DNA from: the human T2T-CHM13v2.0 reference genome, Homo sapiens
Assembly: GCF_009914755.1 (NCBI RefSeq)
Contig: NC_060940.1
Direction: 5' to 3' (one strand)
DNA length: 64,000 nucleotides
A model generated the notes under the pieces. That model saw only the letters and a list, made by a program, of their open reading frames with translations. It was not told the origin of the DNA and ran no database searches. Positions 12,738-25,633 of the stretch are shown here, one piece after another (within the stretch, counting starts at the first letter, position 1; each line of letters begins with the position of its first letter). The position numbers and the translations under genes were made by a program.

Positions 12738-12905
12738 GTGGAGCAAAGGCCTGTTTTGAGTCCTCCTCAAGGAGCAGCCGAGACCCAGCTCACAGCCCCC
12801 GCAGCCCCCACCACCCCGGAGCATGGGGTCCTGCCCGGCTCAGGATACCATTCGGGCCTACAGGGTTCCCTGCCTTTGCCTACCATAGCTGTCATATGAC
12901 ACCCC

Positions 12906-12993
12906 GTCACGGCCAGCACCCCTGCAGAGGGGGGGGTCACGGCCAGCACCCCTGCAGAGGGGGGGGTCACGGCCAGCACCCCTGCAGAGGGGG
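12906..12993. repeat. 30-bp tandem repeat x3 in PABPN1L intron 5
   Basis: GTCACGGCCAGCACCCCTGCAGAGGGGGGG at 12906, 12936, 12966. Confidence 0.95.
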
Positions 12994-13210
12994 CTCCCGC
13001 CCGAGAGGGGACACTTCCCCACCATGCCACTGGCAGACCAAACCCAGCTTCAGGTCCGAGGGTCCCGCCACATCCTGTCCAGGCCCAGCCAAGCACCGTG
13101 CCTGAGACACGCTGTGCAGAGAGGAGCCAGCTGGGGCTGCTGTGTGTCCCAGGGCCAGTGGGCCAGCCCCTCTGCGCTCATGTTCCTGGACCTGGGGAGC
13201 ACCGGCGCAC

Positions 13211-13298
13211 CTTGATGACCCGGCCCCGGAAGAGGCTCTGGTCCAGCTCCACGGCGGCCTGCACGGAGCCCTTGGTGGCAAACTCTATGTAGGCATAA
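13211..13298 (-). CDS. PABPN1L: PABPN1L exon 5 (RRM, second half of RNP1)
   Basis: [29 protein letters not shown]; acceptor CTCAG, donor AAG|GTGCGC. Confidence 0.95.
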
Positions 13299-13379
13299 CT
13301 GAGGGGAGGGGCAGGGAGGGGAGGGGTGAGGCTGGGCCCTGTCCGCATGGCCAGTGCCCCCACCAGGCCCCACACTGAC

Positions 13380-13486
13380 CCCTTGGGGTGTCCAGAGAAC
13401 TTGTCACACAGGATCGTGACTCGGTGGACCTCCCCACAGCGGCTGAAGTGGGCCTCCAGCTCCTCGGCGGAGCCCCCGTAGTCCAC
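13380..13486 (-). CDS. PABPN1L: PABPN1L exon 4 (RRM)
   Basis: [36 protein letters not shown]; donor GG|GTCAGT. Confidence 0.95.
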
Positions 13487-13920
13487 CTGCACCCAGGCCC
13501 AGACCAGCATGTGAGGGAGACGCCTGGCCCTGACTCGGGGCCTTCTTGTTAGAGGTGAGGAAAGAAACCCCAAGGCTGGGCCCCGTGGCGGGGATGGCCC
13601 CAGGCCTCCACCCCACACCCCCGCTGGGGTTGGAGGGAAGAGAGGAAAGGATATCTCGTATGGAGCGCTTCCTTCTGGAGAGCTGGAGCCTTTTAAAAAG
13701 CTTCTCAAAAGTGGAGATTTCATGTGCAACCCCGAATTCCAGCTCATGTTGAAAAACTGGAATATGTGCCCAGGCCAGTGTTTCCTCAAGGTGACGGGGC
13801 TGCCCCCAGGGTCAGACCCCCTTCCCAGCAAGGCTGCCTGGCCCATGGCCGGGCGCCAGACCCTCTGGTAGAGATGGGGCCCCATTCGCTGCCTGCCCCT
13901 TCACCCCGCCCACCACTCAC

Positions 13921-13988
13921 GTTGCCCACGTAGACGGATCTGTGGTCAGCCTCCACCTTCTCCTCGGGGGTCCCAGAGAGGGGGCAGC
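13921..13988 (-). CDS. PABPN1L: PABPN1L exon 3 (RNP2)
   Basis: CPLSGTPEEKVEADHRSVYVGN; acceptor CCGCAG, donor AAC|GTGAGT. Confidence 0.95.
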
Positions 13989-14163
13989 CTGCGGAGAACA
14001 CAGCTCAGGCCCGCAGGCCCTTGGTTCCTTCCTCACTCCTCTCACGGGGAAGGTCGCCCAGGCTTATAGGGGAGGTGACACCTTGGAGCCTGCCAGGCCC
14101 AACCTTAATGGAAACTGTGGGACCCTTGCTCAGTGGGGGGCGGCCTGTGCCCTTGGTTCCTAC

Positions 14164-14299
14164 CCACGGTCTCAGGGCTCAGCAGCTGCCCGGCCGCGGT
14201 GCCCTCCTCTTCCTCGGCCTGTTGCTGCACTCCTGGAGGCCGTGGCGTCCCCTCGGCCTGCTCCATGGCACACACCTTCATCTTGATGGCCTCCAGCTC
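14164..14299 (-). CDS. PABPN1L: PABPN1L exon 2
   Basis: ELEAIKMKVCAMEQAEG...LLSPETV (PABPN1-like coiled coil); donor G|GTAGGA. Confidence 0.92.
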
Positions 14300-14709
14300 C
14301 TGCCGACACACGGCCCTGAGCCGGGCAGGCAGCCTGCAGGCTCTGCTCAAGGAAGGTGGGTGTGTGGCCTGCCAGCTCCAGCAGAGGGTCACAGCCCCAA
14401 GGGGCAGCCCTTCTCTGGACAGGGACACTCCTTCCTGGGGCAGCTGGCTGGGGATGAACTCGCCCCTGCAGAGAAGCCCCCGAAACCGCACCTCAAGGGC
14501 CCTTCCCCAGGCGAGAGAGGCCACCTTGACCCTGCAGTCTGTGTGGCTGGGGGCGGGGGGTCTCCTTGCCACCTTCGTCCAGGCAGGTGGGCAATGGCCC
14601 TCTCCCCTCCTAAGTCAGCTGCAGCCATCCGTCACCCAGACCCCGTGTCTCCACCAGCCCCTGTGCCCCAGGTCCCCTGAGATCCCCAGGGCCTCCACAC
14701 AGCTGTTAC

Positions 14710-14964
14710 CTGGTCAGGCAATGGGCACTCAGCCAGGTTCTCTTGCTCCAGCAGAGACAGCAGAAAGCCTGCATCCCCATCCTGGTCTTCCTCTGCATCC
14801 TCTTCCTCCTCTTTCTCCTCCTTCCCTTCCCCACCCTCTGGCCCCAGAATCTCCTTGGTCTCGTTCCAGGCCCCCCAGCCCTGGGCCTCAGGGTCTGAGG
14901 AGACCGTCTGGAGCCAGGCCTGAGTCGGGGGTGGGAAGAGAGAGCGGCTCGGGAAGGGCCACAT
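14710..14964 (-). CDS. PABPN1L: PABPN1L coding exon 1 (acidic N-terminus)
   Basis: MWPFPSRSLF...EEKEEEEDAEED...ECPLPDQ; ACCATG; donor CAG|GTAACA. Confidence 0.93.
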
Positions 14965-15578
14965 GGTAGAGGGGCAGGAGGAAGGTGGGCCAGGCGAGGC
15001 CTCCCCTCCACTCCCCTCGCGTCCGCACCTGCCCAGGCTCTCCTGGAGTTTTAAGCCCTCCCCTGAGGCCAGCTGCTCCCACTAGAGCATTTGCAAAGGC
15101 TGAGTGGGGCTGAGCTTCCAGCCTTGGCTCCCGGCCCCGCCCCTTCCCTGTCACTCGGACAGGTACCTCCAGGACACTCTCCCTGGAGGAAGGAGAGGCT
15201 GAGTTGAGTGGGGGTCACCGGTCTCTTCTGCTTCCGCCTGGCCACGCTGTGGCTCACTGGAGCCTTGGTCTGTGACAGGGTTCACACCTCAGCAGCATCC
15301 ACACGGCACGAACGCCACACTGCATGAACACTCGATCTAAGTGGGAACACGGGAGTGGTTTCTTCTAGTACCAGGGACCAAGCAGGCTGGAGAGGTGGCT
15401 TCCGACCAGGAGAGGCAGGGCCTGAGCAGAGACCGAGAGCAGGTGCATGGGATGAGAGGGCCGAGGCAGGTTGGGGCGGGGTCCTGGGCCCAGAGGAGGG
15501 GCAGCAACAGCTGTCTCTGCATCCTGACCCCCATGGAGTCCCCAGGGACCCTTGCCTCCCTAACCCTTATTCTGGGCC

Positions 15579-15887
15579 TTTTTTTTTTTTTTCTTTTTTT
15601 TTTAGGCAGGAGTCTTGCTTTGTTGCCAAGTCTGGAGTGCGGTGGCGCGATCTCGGCTCACGGCAACCTTTGCCTCCCAGGTTCGGGTGATTCTCCTGCC
15701 TCAGCCTCCTGAGTAGCTGGGATTACAGGCACCTGCCACCATGCCCAGCTAATTTTTTTTGTCTTTTTAGTAGAGACAGGGTTTCACCATGTTGCCCAGG
15801 CTGGTCTCGAACTCCTGACCTCAGGTGATCCGCCCGACTCGGCCTCCCGAAGTGCTGGGATTACAGGCGTGAGCACCGCACCTGGTC
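15579..15887 (-). mobile_element. Full-length Alu (AluS-type)
   Basis: Poly-T followed by a reverse-complement Alu dimer. Confidence 0.95.
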
Positions 15888-15938
15888 TGGGTCATCTTTT
15901 AGGTGGGAGCCACTTCCATGAGGCCAGAATTATTCTGC

Positions 15939-16025
15939 TGTGGGGCGGGGGCTCCGTGGGGAGTGACGGCGTGAGTTATTGTGGGGCGGGGTCTCCGTGG
16001 GGAGTGACGGCGTGAGTTACTGTGG
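15939..16025. repeat. 41-bp tandem duplication
   Basis: TGTGGGGCGGGG(G/T)CTCCGTGGGGAGTGACGGCGTGAGTTA x2. Confidence 0.9.
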
Positions 16026-16534
16026 CGGAATTCAGTGGGCATCCGGTGGTGTCTGCACCTGGCTTCACCCATGCAGGGTTGCAGCAGGAGGTGACCCGTG
16101 TCCGCCCTTGCGCCTCCCTCTGCACCTGCCACCGCGGCTGCTGGAGTCTGCTCTGGCCTTCATCTCCAGTGCTGCCGTCTCCCACCCACTCTGTGAAGGA
16201 CTCGGGGCCAGGGGGTCATGCATGGCTCTTACCCCTGCCATTGGTGGTGGGAGACGGGGCCCCCTGCACAGCTCCTACCCCCAGGCCGAGGCCATCCTCT
16301 CTGTGACTGCACCCCGGTGTTTAGCCAGTGGGGCTGGGATTCCTGGGAATTTGGGACTGGGGGAGGAGAGAGAGACAGGGCGTGGCCTAGGCTGGAGCTG
16401 CACTGCTGCACCATGCACCACCCACGCAGGGCGGCCCTTCCTCCATCTTGGGCTGGGGGCTCGGGGAGCAGGTGGACATGGAGGCTGCCACAGCCTGGGA
16501 ACCCAGGCTCCTGCACCCAGTCTGTTCTCACCTC

Positions 16535-17540
<1,006 letters not shown>

Positions 17541-18356
17541 CCTCCAGGAGGCTGACTGAAGACCATGCTGTCACCCCATCTGTTCACCACCCAGAGGATT
17601 TTCTGGGGCAGGCTCATGAGGTCGGGGAGGAATGGGCCTTGTCTGGAACCTGGCTATGGCCCTGGACGCCCCTTCCCCTCTCCCTGGCTCCGCACAGCCA
17701 CACACTTACGTGTGCGTGGTCCCTGGACGCTGTTCCCCCTGCGAACACGGTGCCACTGTTTCCGGGAGGGCTGCCGGGCTGCTCCTCCTCCCTCGAGAGC
17801 CGCTGTCCTCACGCCTTTCCTGCTGTCCGTCCAGTGTTGATGACTTGGCCAGCTCTCCCCTTAGAAACCAAAGCTCCTCAGGGGCAGCGCCCACATCTGC
17901 ACCGAGGACAGGTACGCTGGGTGGAGTGCGGCCTCAGCCTGGGATCCTCCTGTTGGGATGGAGCCCCCTGCCCCGTGTGTCTGTGCCTGTGTGTCGGAGG
18001 GTCTGCCAGCACCCGTGCCTCCACCTCCCTGTCAGAGGCAGGATTGCAACCAGTTCCATCCAAGACCAGAGTCTGCTGGACTCGGCCCAGGCCCTGACGC
18101 ATGCCCCTCTGAGCTCGGGCCCCGGCCATGGAAAACCTTGTCATCCTCACCCTGTCTGAGATTGCTGACACACAAGGCCCGGCCAGGGCTCCTGCCAGCT
18201 GCCTGGCAGGGGACAGACGGCTCCGACCCTGGCCTTTCCAGTGACACTCTTCAAATACACCCTGTTCCAGAGCCGGGCCTGAGGATTCATGGCAGCCTGG
18301 CCCCTGGGGCCCCAGCGCCCAGGACAACTCCTATTCCAGACAGGATCCGTGTGTGA

Positions 18357-18750
<394 letters not shown>

Positions 18751-21700
18751 TCCCCTCAGTGTTGTCTGTGTCCCCTGAGGTCCCCTGTGTCCCCCATCGG
18801 GGTCGGAGGTGTCATGGCCCCAGCCCCAGCACTGTCTGAGGTGGGGCTGCTCAGGCAGGGGCTCCAGTCTTGGAATCCTCAGGACCATCTCCCGGGTGTA
18901 AAGTTGTTGGGACCCCCCCAAAGTCCCCTTTGCAGGCTCAGCCGTTGCCAGCCCTGCAGGGACCCTCGTGGCTGGGGCTGCTGCTCCTCCCTGCCTGTGT
19001 GCTCCCGCCCTGCCTCTTCCCCGTCGTGCTCCCGCCCTGCCTCTTCCCCGTCGCCCCAGCCCCACGTCACACACTGGCCTGTTTGTCCCTGCAGTGTGCG
19101 TGGTGCATGGGGAGGCCCCGCCCTACCAGGCACGGAGGAGCCCCAGCAGGTAATTAGTGAATTCACGGGTGAGACGAGGCTCAGCCGAAGCCTCCTGGGA
19201 CCCAAGGAGAGGAACAGCCAGGCGACAGCGAACGTTCGCTTTATTACACGGACACGGCGCTAACCCGACTATTGCATCTCACAGCATCTACAGGCCAAAC
19301 CCATAGTACGTCAGACGGAGCGGCGAGGGCCACCTCGCAGCCCTGCACAGCCTGCAGACCCAGGGCATGGGCTTCTCACAACTACAGAAAACAACTCAAC
19401 TCCTCTGGGAGAGTCAAAAAAAAGAGGAGGAGAAAGTAGAGAGTAAGTCCCCTCCCCACCAGGCTGCACATGGCTGTGCCCCCGCCTGGTCCTCACCGGC
19501 CCGACCCCCTCGGCCCTGGCAGATGGGGTTGGGGAGCTGACAGCTGGCCTGGCGGGGCTCCCCACCCCAGCCAGGTGGGGACAAGGGAGGCCTGTTGCCG
19601 TCATTGACGTATTTCAAAAGCAGGTTTCACTCTGAGTACTGACGCTGAGTTCCCGTTCCTCTGGGTCTTTGGGAAGCTACTCCGGGGCTTGGCTGGATTG
19701 AAACATAAAGAACAGAAAGTGTCCAAAATGGAGTTTCCTAGAACTTCGGGAAAATGGAGCAGGGGTTGTCAGCAGCGCCCTGGCCTTATCTCTGAAGTGT
19801 GCACGGGAGCTGGCGGGCCTCTGGGAGGCCAGCCCCATGGACTCCCCCCTCTCCTCACTGTCTTCCTCTCCGGCCAGCACGCTCATCATCCAGGGCCCCA
19901 GCCCCATTTTGGAGAGCACCCCCTCAGTGTGGGAGCTTGCAGGGCAGTGTGGGAGGAAATAGGCCCCGGGGCTCGGGGATGCAGGGCAGGGAGGCTGCAG
20001 AGGACCCTGGGGAGCACCCATCACTCCTGGCAGAATTTATCCAGGCAGGTCTGTTCCCAGAAGTCCCCAGTCTCAGGCCGTAAGGACTCAACTCTGAGCC
20101 ATCTGGGATCCCAGGAAAGGGAATGGGAGCCTGGCACCTGTGAGTACACCCCGAGGAGTGGGGCTCCAAGAGTGCTGGGGTCTCGGGGAGGCTGCATGGG
20201 GTCACCCTCCTCTCCTGGGGACACCCCCTCCAGGCATTGACCCCTGGAAACAAGGAGTGGGAGAGGGCGGCCCTGCAGCGTCGCGGCCCTGCCAGGGAAT
20301 GTGCTCACCCTGGCGCCCTGGTCGGGGACCCTGGGCAGGTGTGTGGGCCGCCACCCAGTGTGTGCTCCTGGCCCCGGCCACCCACCTGGAGCTCCAGGTG
20401 GCCCCAACTGGCCAGAGCTGTTGCGAGGTACTGGTCCCACCTGCTCACAGCACCTGCAGCAGAATTTTATCTGCCCCTGCAGGTGTCTGGAGCAGTCCTG
20501 GACTGCGCTGGGTATGGAAGAGGCTGCCGCCCACCAACAGGTTCCCTTAGGGCAACAGCTGAGGTCATGGCAGGAGCAACCCTTGTCACTGGCACACGAC
20601 GGGGGGCAGCTGGTGCCACTCTGGGGTCCGTGGGTGGAGAGGGTGGGGTGGGATGGAGGGACGGCTGTGTGGGTGGCCAGAGGACACACAGAGGACACGC
20701 ATGTGGGGCGCGTGGGGGTGGAGGGGTGGGTGGGGGGGAAGGGCGGGGGCTGGGGGTGGGGAAAGTGATCTCTGGGATACTGGACAGATGGGGCAGAAGA
20801 AAACGTGATGAGAGAGAAGAACCAGTCACTGGGGGCCGGGTGGCGCCAGCACGAGGACGGAGGGGCCGGCATGCACATGGCTGGGATGGATGGGGATCGA
20901 TGCTGGAGTCAGGCTTTGGTGTCAGCTTGAGGATCTATTTGGAAAAACTGGCAAACAGAAGCCCTTTAGGCCCATCTTGATCCCTGTCACTGTGTCGTTT
21001 GGGTGAACCCCCCATCCCCGCCGGCTCTCCCGCCAGCCCCCCATCACTGAACCTCTCGGGCCTCTGTGGCCTGTCCCCACCTGGCTGGGCCTCGTGGGCC
21101 CTCCTGGGAGGCTGGCCCCTCCAGTCCTGCAGCCTCAGCCCTGGCCAGGTCCTGGGGCGGCCCTGGCAGGCAGAGGGGCTTGCGGGTGTTCAGCAGGCCC
21201 CTCCCAACACCCACTCCTTGAGCACCGTGGGAGACGCTGGTCTCTGCCTTGTTCAGGTCAGAGGACTGGACTGGAAGGAGCCGTCCGGGTGCACAGCCAT
21301 AGCACAGAGCCGGGCTCTGCTGGGGACTGGGAGGCCCTCTCAGAGGAAGGCTTCCTGGGTCCGAGGCTGGCCGGGACAAGGAGCAGTGAGGAGGAGTGGC
21401 AAAGGCTGAGGGGCGTGCATCACGAGCCTCTTTCCAAAGAGGTCATGTTGGTTCTGCTAACCCATCAGGCCATCGTCCGGCCGGGCCTTGGGCTCCCTCA
21501 CGGCTGTCCTGTCCTGGCTGTGATCTCAGGATGGGAGATGCAGCTGCCGTTTGGTTTGGGGTTTGAGGAAAAGGCTCTGAAGAGCGTTTGGCTTGCCATG
21601 GTCCTGTCTTGACAGTGGCTGGCGGGAGGACAGCTTGGCAGGCTGCGCCTCTAGCCAGTGATCTGTGAGCTTGTGGAGGTGGCAGCCGGGAAGGGGTAGA

Positions 21701-23229
21701 GACAGGGTGACTCTCCCCAGTCCAGGTGTGGCCCCTGCCCAGACCCCCCTCTGCCTGGGGGAAGAGAAGCAGATGCCTGCAGGTGTAGACTGCAGGTCGG
21801 AACCATGGGGATGGGTACTCATGGCCACCAAGGGGACCACCCCTAACACAAGAATGCCGCCTGTCCCCGTCCCCTCCCCAGAGCTATGGGTTCCACCTGG
21901 TTTGCTGTCAGGTCTTTGACCACCAGGGCCTGGGCATATGAGCTACAGAAAGACGGGCCTCTGAAGCATCGGAGGGGGCCCCAGAGCCTTCCTGGGCAGG
22001 AGCTGCCTTGCTTCACGTGACTCGGCCAACACCCGCCCAGGGTTCCCTGACACATTGCACCCAGGACATCCCCTTCTTCTGTCTCCGGGCCTCAGTTTTC
22101 CCAGCTGTCCTGATTCCTTGTGGCCCTCGGCCACAGGGCTCCATCTGCCTGGTCTCTGGCCAGGTCCTCATGCCAGTTTTGCACTCGTGCTGAGGGTGGC
22201 TTGGTGCATGGTGGGGGGCTACGCAGGGCAGATGGCATTCATCTTTGGCTCGAGGGCTGACCCCTTCCCAAGATCTGAGGTGACAGGGCCTGTCTCACCC
22301 TCAGCCTTGTGGTCTGGCCCCTGGAGGCTGCTGGCCAGATCGATGCAGCCAGCTGGTGCACATGCCACTGTCCCTGGTACACCTGTGTGTACCCAAAGAA
22401 GGATCCAGGGAGGGGAGGGAAAAAGAGGAGGCTTTTGCCCACAAAGTAAACTCGTGTCTCCTCCACGCTCCCCACCACAGTCCTGACCCCAGGGACCTGA
22501 GTAACCAGGGAAGCTGCCCATGGGTCCACTTGCCCTGGGGCTCGGTGCTCTAGAGACCACCGGTTCACCTGCACAGCCTTGGAGGGCCTGACTCAATTTA
22601 CCCCACAGCACTGTACCCATTTCCTGTCCCCTAGAGCCTTTGATCACCACAGCCAACTGCCCTGCCCACCTGGAAGGGCACTGGAGTGTGGGTGGGGACA
22701 AGATGGAGCCCCAGTGGGGGAGAGAGATGAGAAGAGTCCCAGGACGTCTACCTCCGAGGGAGGCAAGTCCCCTTCGTGGGCACGGGCGTGTCCGCTGCTG
22801 CCGCTGTGTGGGTTCGGAGCTGGAGAACCGCAGCCCTGGAAGGAGGAGAGGCGCGCTTCTGCCACTTAACCGAGAGCCCAAATCCCAGACCGGTCCTTGC
22901 TTCTCTGAAACCCACAAAAGCAAACCTTGGGGAGCTTGCTGGGCCTGTCACTGAGGAATGGAGGTGGTGCCGGGGCCAGGGCAATGTCTGGAGGACAGAC
23001 TCGATCTATCTTGACTTTCAGAACGAGGTTTCTGTTGTCAGACTTGGTTCCAGACGGTACCTGACCGGTGGTGACCCGACAGGATCCATCCTTATGATGC
23101 TCAAAGAATGAATTTTTACCACCGTGAAAGAACCACCAGCAGGCAAACCACTCCTCCCCTCGGGGCCACTGTTCGGATTTCTTTGAAAATCTGTTTCCTA
23201 CACTTCGCAAACTCCTGCGGTTTCTGTTT

Positions 23230-23255
23230 TTTATTTGGCAAACATCTCGTTTATT
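23230..23255 (-). terminator. CBFA2T3 polyadenylation signals (two AATAAA)
   Basis: TTTATT on plus at 23230-23235 and 23250-23255, ~2.1 kb after the stop, in an AT-rich block. Confidence 0.8.
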
Positions 23256-25333
23256 ACCATCATGAATATCATTTGGACCTCTGCAAAGACTATATACATT
23301 CACATTAACGTACACGCTCAGCTTCAGGCCTCTGGCGGGCTGTTCGTGGCTGGTTCAGTAGCTGGGTCACTCCCGTATTGCACTGAGTTCCTAGAACTCC
23401 TGATAGCCACGCACACAGATGCCAGGCCACGGGCCACGCCACGCGCACAGATGCCAGGCCACGGGCCACGCCACACACACAGATGCCAGGCCACGGGCCA
23501 CGCCACGCACACAGATGCCAGGCCACGGGCCACACCACGCACACAGATGCCAAGCCACGGGCCACGCCACACGCACAGATGCCAGGCTGCGGGCCGTGCC
23601 TGCTGTCTGTCCTTGTACTCGGTGCAAGCATGAATTTCTTTATCCCTTTATTTCCTTCTTGAAATCGCTGAGGCAGTTGAGAGGAGTGGAGGGAGGGTGG
23701 GCAGGGCTGGAGGATGGGAGGGAGCACGTCTGATAGAAAACGTCACCGAGACACACCCCAGGGCCAGAGGCGAACGCATCTGAGGGGTGGCTGGGCAGGA
23801 GCACCAGGGCTATGTACACGGTCAGGGTCTTCCCTGGGGAGGAGGCAGAGGGCTGCTTTTGTTTGTAGTTTTTTTGTTTTTTCTGCAAAAGTTTGGAAGA
23901 AAGGGGAGTAGCTGCGGTGGGGCGATGGGGCCGAGAGGTTGGAGTTGGGGCGATGGGGCTGAGAGAGGTCGGAGCTGGGGTGAGGGGGCCGAGAGAGGTC
24001 GGAGGGCGCGGAGAGGAGAGAGGTAGAGGAGGACGGGCTGGCCGAGAAGCAGTGTTTCAGGGAGGCCTGCTGGCTCCGCATGCTCGAAAAGCAGTCGAGA
24101 ATCAACCCAAAAGATTGTCACAGTTTTGTTTCGGAATTATGCTCTCTCTGGGAAGAAAACTTTAGCACTTTTTTTCCACAAGTGGAAAACGGAAATATGA
24201 AAAGTCACAGGGGGCGTGAGGACAGACGGCGTGTCCTTTCCTACACATATGGAGACGCAGGCCGGAGCAACGGCACACGGACCACGCACACGCGGCGGAC
24301 GCACCAACGCCTACGCAGAAGAGAACAAAAGTCGCTTCTAACTGGGCACAAACCCTCTGCACCCAAATATCCCGACACCCACAAACAAAATCAGAACAGA
24401 AGAGAAAAAGACCCACATCCAAACAAACCCAAGAGCAAGTGAAACAGTGAAAAAAATACTTTGGCAGTGACAAACAAATTTTGGATTTTGATTTCTTGTG
24501 TTTGCTTTTTTGGATTTCCTTTGGAGCAGAGGTGTGTCCGGTATCCTTGGCTGGCTAGCTAGCAAGGTAGTTCACAAGTATGCTTCCTTTGCTTTTTTAA
24601 AAAAACTTTTTGGATTTTTACTTAAAGCCAAAGAGTTTAACATTACAGGAAAAAAAAATCTGAAACCAAAAATGCATCTTGAGTCAGAAATCGAAATCTT
24701 TCCTCCCGTCTTCGCTGATCAGCCTCACGCCCCTGGGGGAGGGGCACAGCTGGGTTCAGATCTCCAGCTATAAAATCGCAGTTTTCTTTCTCCCTTTTTA
24801 ATCAGGAGGGGGAGAACCCCCCCGTTTTCTTTGTCCATTTCTGAGTAGCTCTTTTGCCAACACACAAAACCCCCCAAAATTCTTTGCTGAAAATATAAGC
24901 CACCAATTCGATTTTTTCATTGAAGAGAAAGTGTGTGATAGTCATAGAGAGAGAGAGGATAGAGAAGACAGAGGGGGAGAGACAGACAGAGAGGAAAAGA
25001 GAGGTGGGCAGAGCCGCCGCGCCTGCGGCATCTGCTCTGCTGTCTAAAGCTCAGTCGAGGCTTCTGAGGATGCTTGAAGAGACGTTGTCAGGAGGTCTCC
25101 GCGCGGAATCATTAGGTAGCTGAGGCAGGTGCACTGAATGCGGTTTTGTTGGTTCTGTGTCTTCTTTCGGAGAGGGGCAGTAGCAGCAGTGACTAATTGG
25201 TCGGCTCCCCCAGGTCAGGCGGGGCGCAGTGTCTGGCAGGCCAGGCATCGGAGGCCAGGCACAGCATCCGGTGGGCCTGGAGCTGGGTGGGGTTGGCACG
25301 GTGCTGTGTCCGGCAGGCCAGGGGCCAGTGGGG
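23256..25333 (-). other. CBFA2T3: CBFA2T3 3' UTR
   Basis: Lies between the stop codon and the AATAAA pair; U/A-rich tracts and a (CT)n-like run at ~24945-25002. Confidence 0.8.
23406..23597. repeat. 32-bp minisatellite x6 in the CBFA2T3 3' UTR
   Basis: AGATGCCA recurs at 23417, 23449, 23481, 23513, 23545, 23577. Confidence 0.95.
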
Positions 25334-25633
25334 TCAGCGGGGCACGGTGTCCAGTGGGCCAGGTGGGCTGGGGGAGCCGGGGCGAGAAGGCCCCGCAGAG
25401 CCGGCTTCGCTGGGGCTGGCAGCACCCACAGGCAGGGAGGGGCCCAGGCTGTGGGCGGCTTCGGGCGGTCCAGGCACCGGGTCGGCCACCACGGCTGTGG
25501 GGCCCTGCAGGCTCTGGCCACACACGTGGTGATGCTTCTCCCAGTCCCGATGCTGGCAGAAGGACCCGCAGTAGCGTGCCGCGTTGCAGCCGCTGCACGT
25601 CTCACTGGCTTTCCGCCCGCAGTTCCAGCAGCT
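25334..25633 (-). CDS. CBFA2T3: CBFA2T3/MTG16/ETO2 last exon 12 (NHR4 MYND zinc finger)
   Basis: [38 protein letters not shown]...DTVPR*; acceptor ACCCAG. Confidence 0.97.
   Translation of the reverse strand, partial: SCWNCGRKASETCSGCNAARYCGSFCQHRDWEKHHHVCGQSLQGPTAVVADPVPGPPEAAHSLGPSLPVGAASPSEAGSAGPSRPGSPSPPGPLDTVPR

Noticed and set aside
12738-13210. PABPN1L intron 5 as a U12 intron because it ends in AC
   Set aside because: The donor GTGCGC lacks RTATCCT and there is no TCCTTAAC branch site
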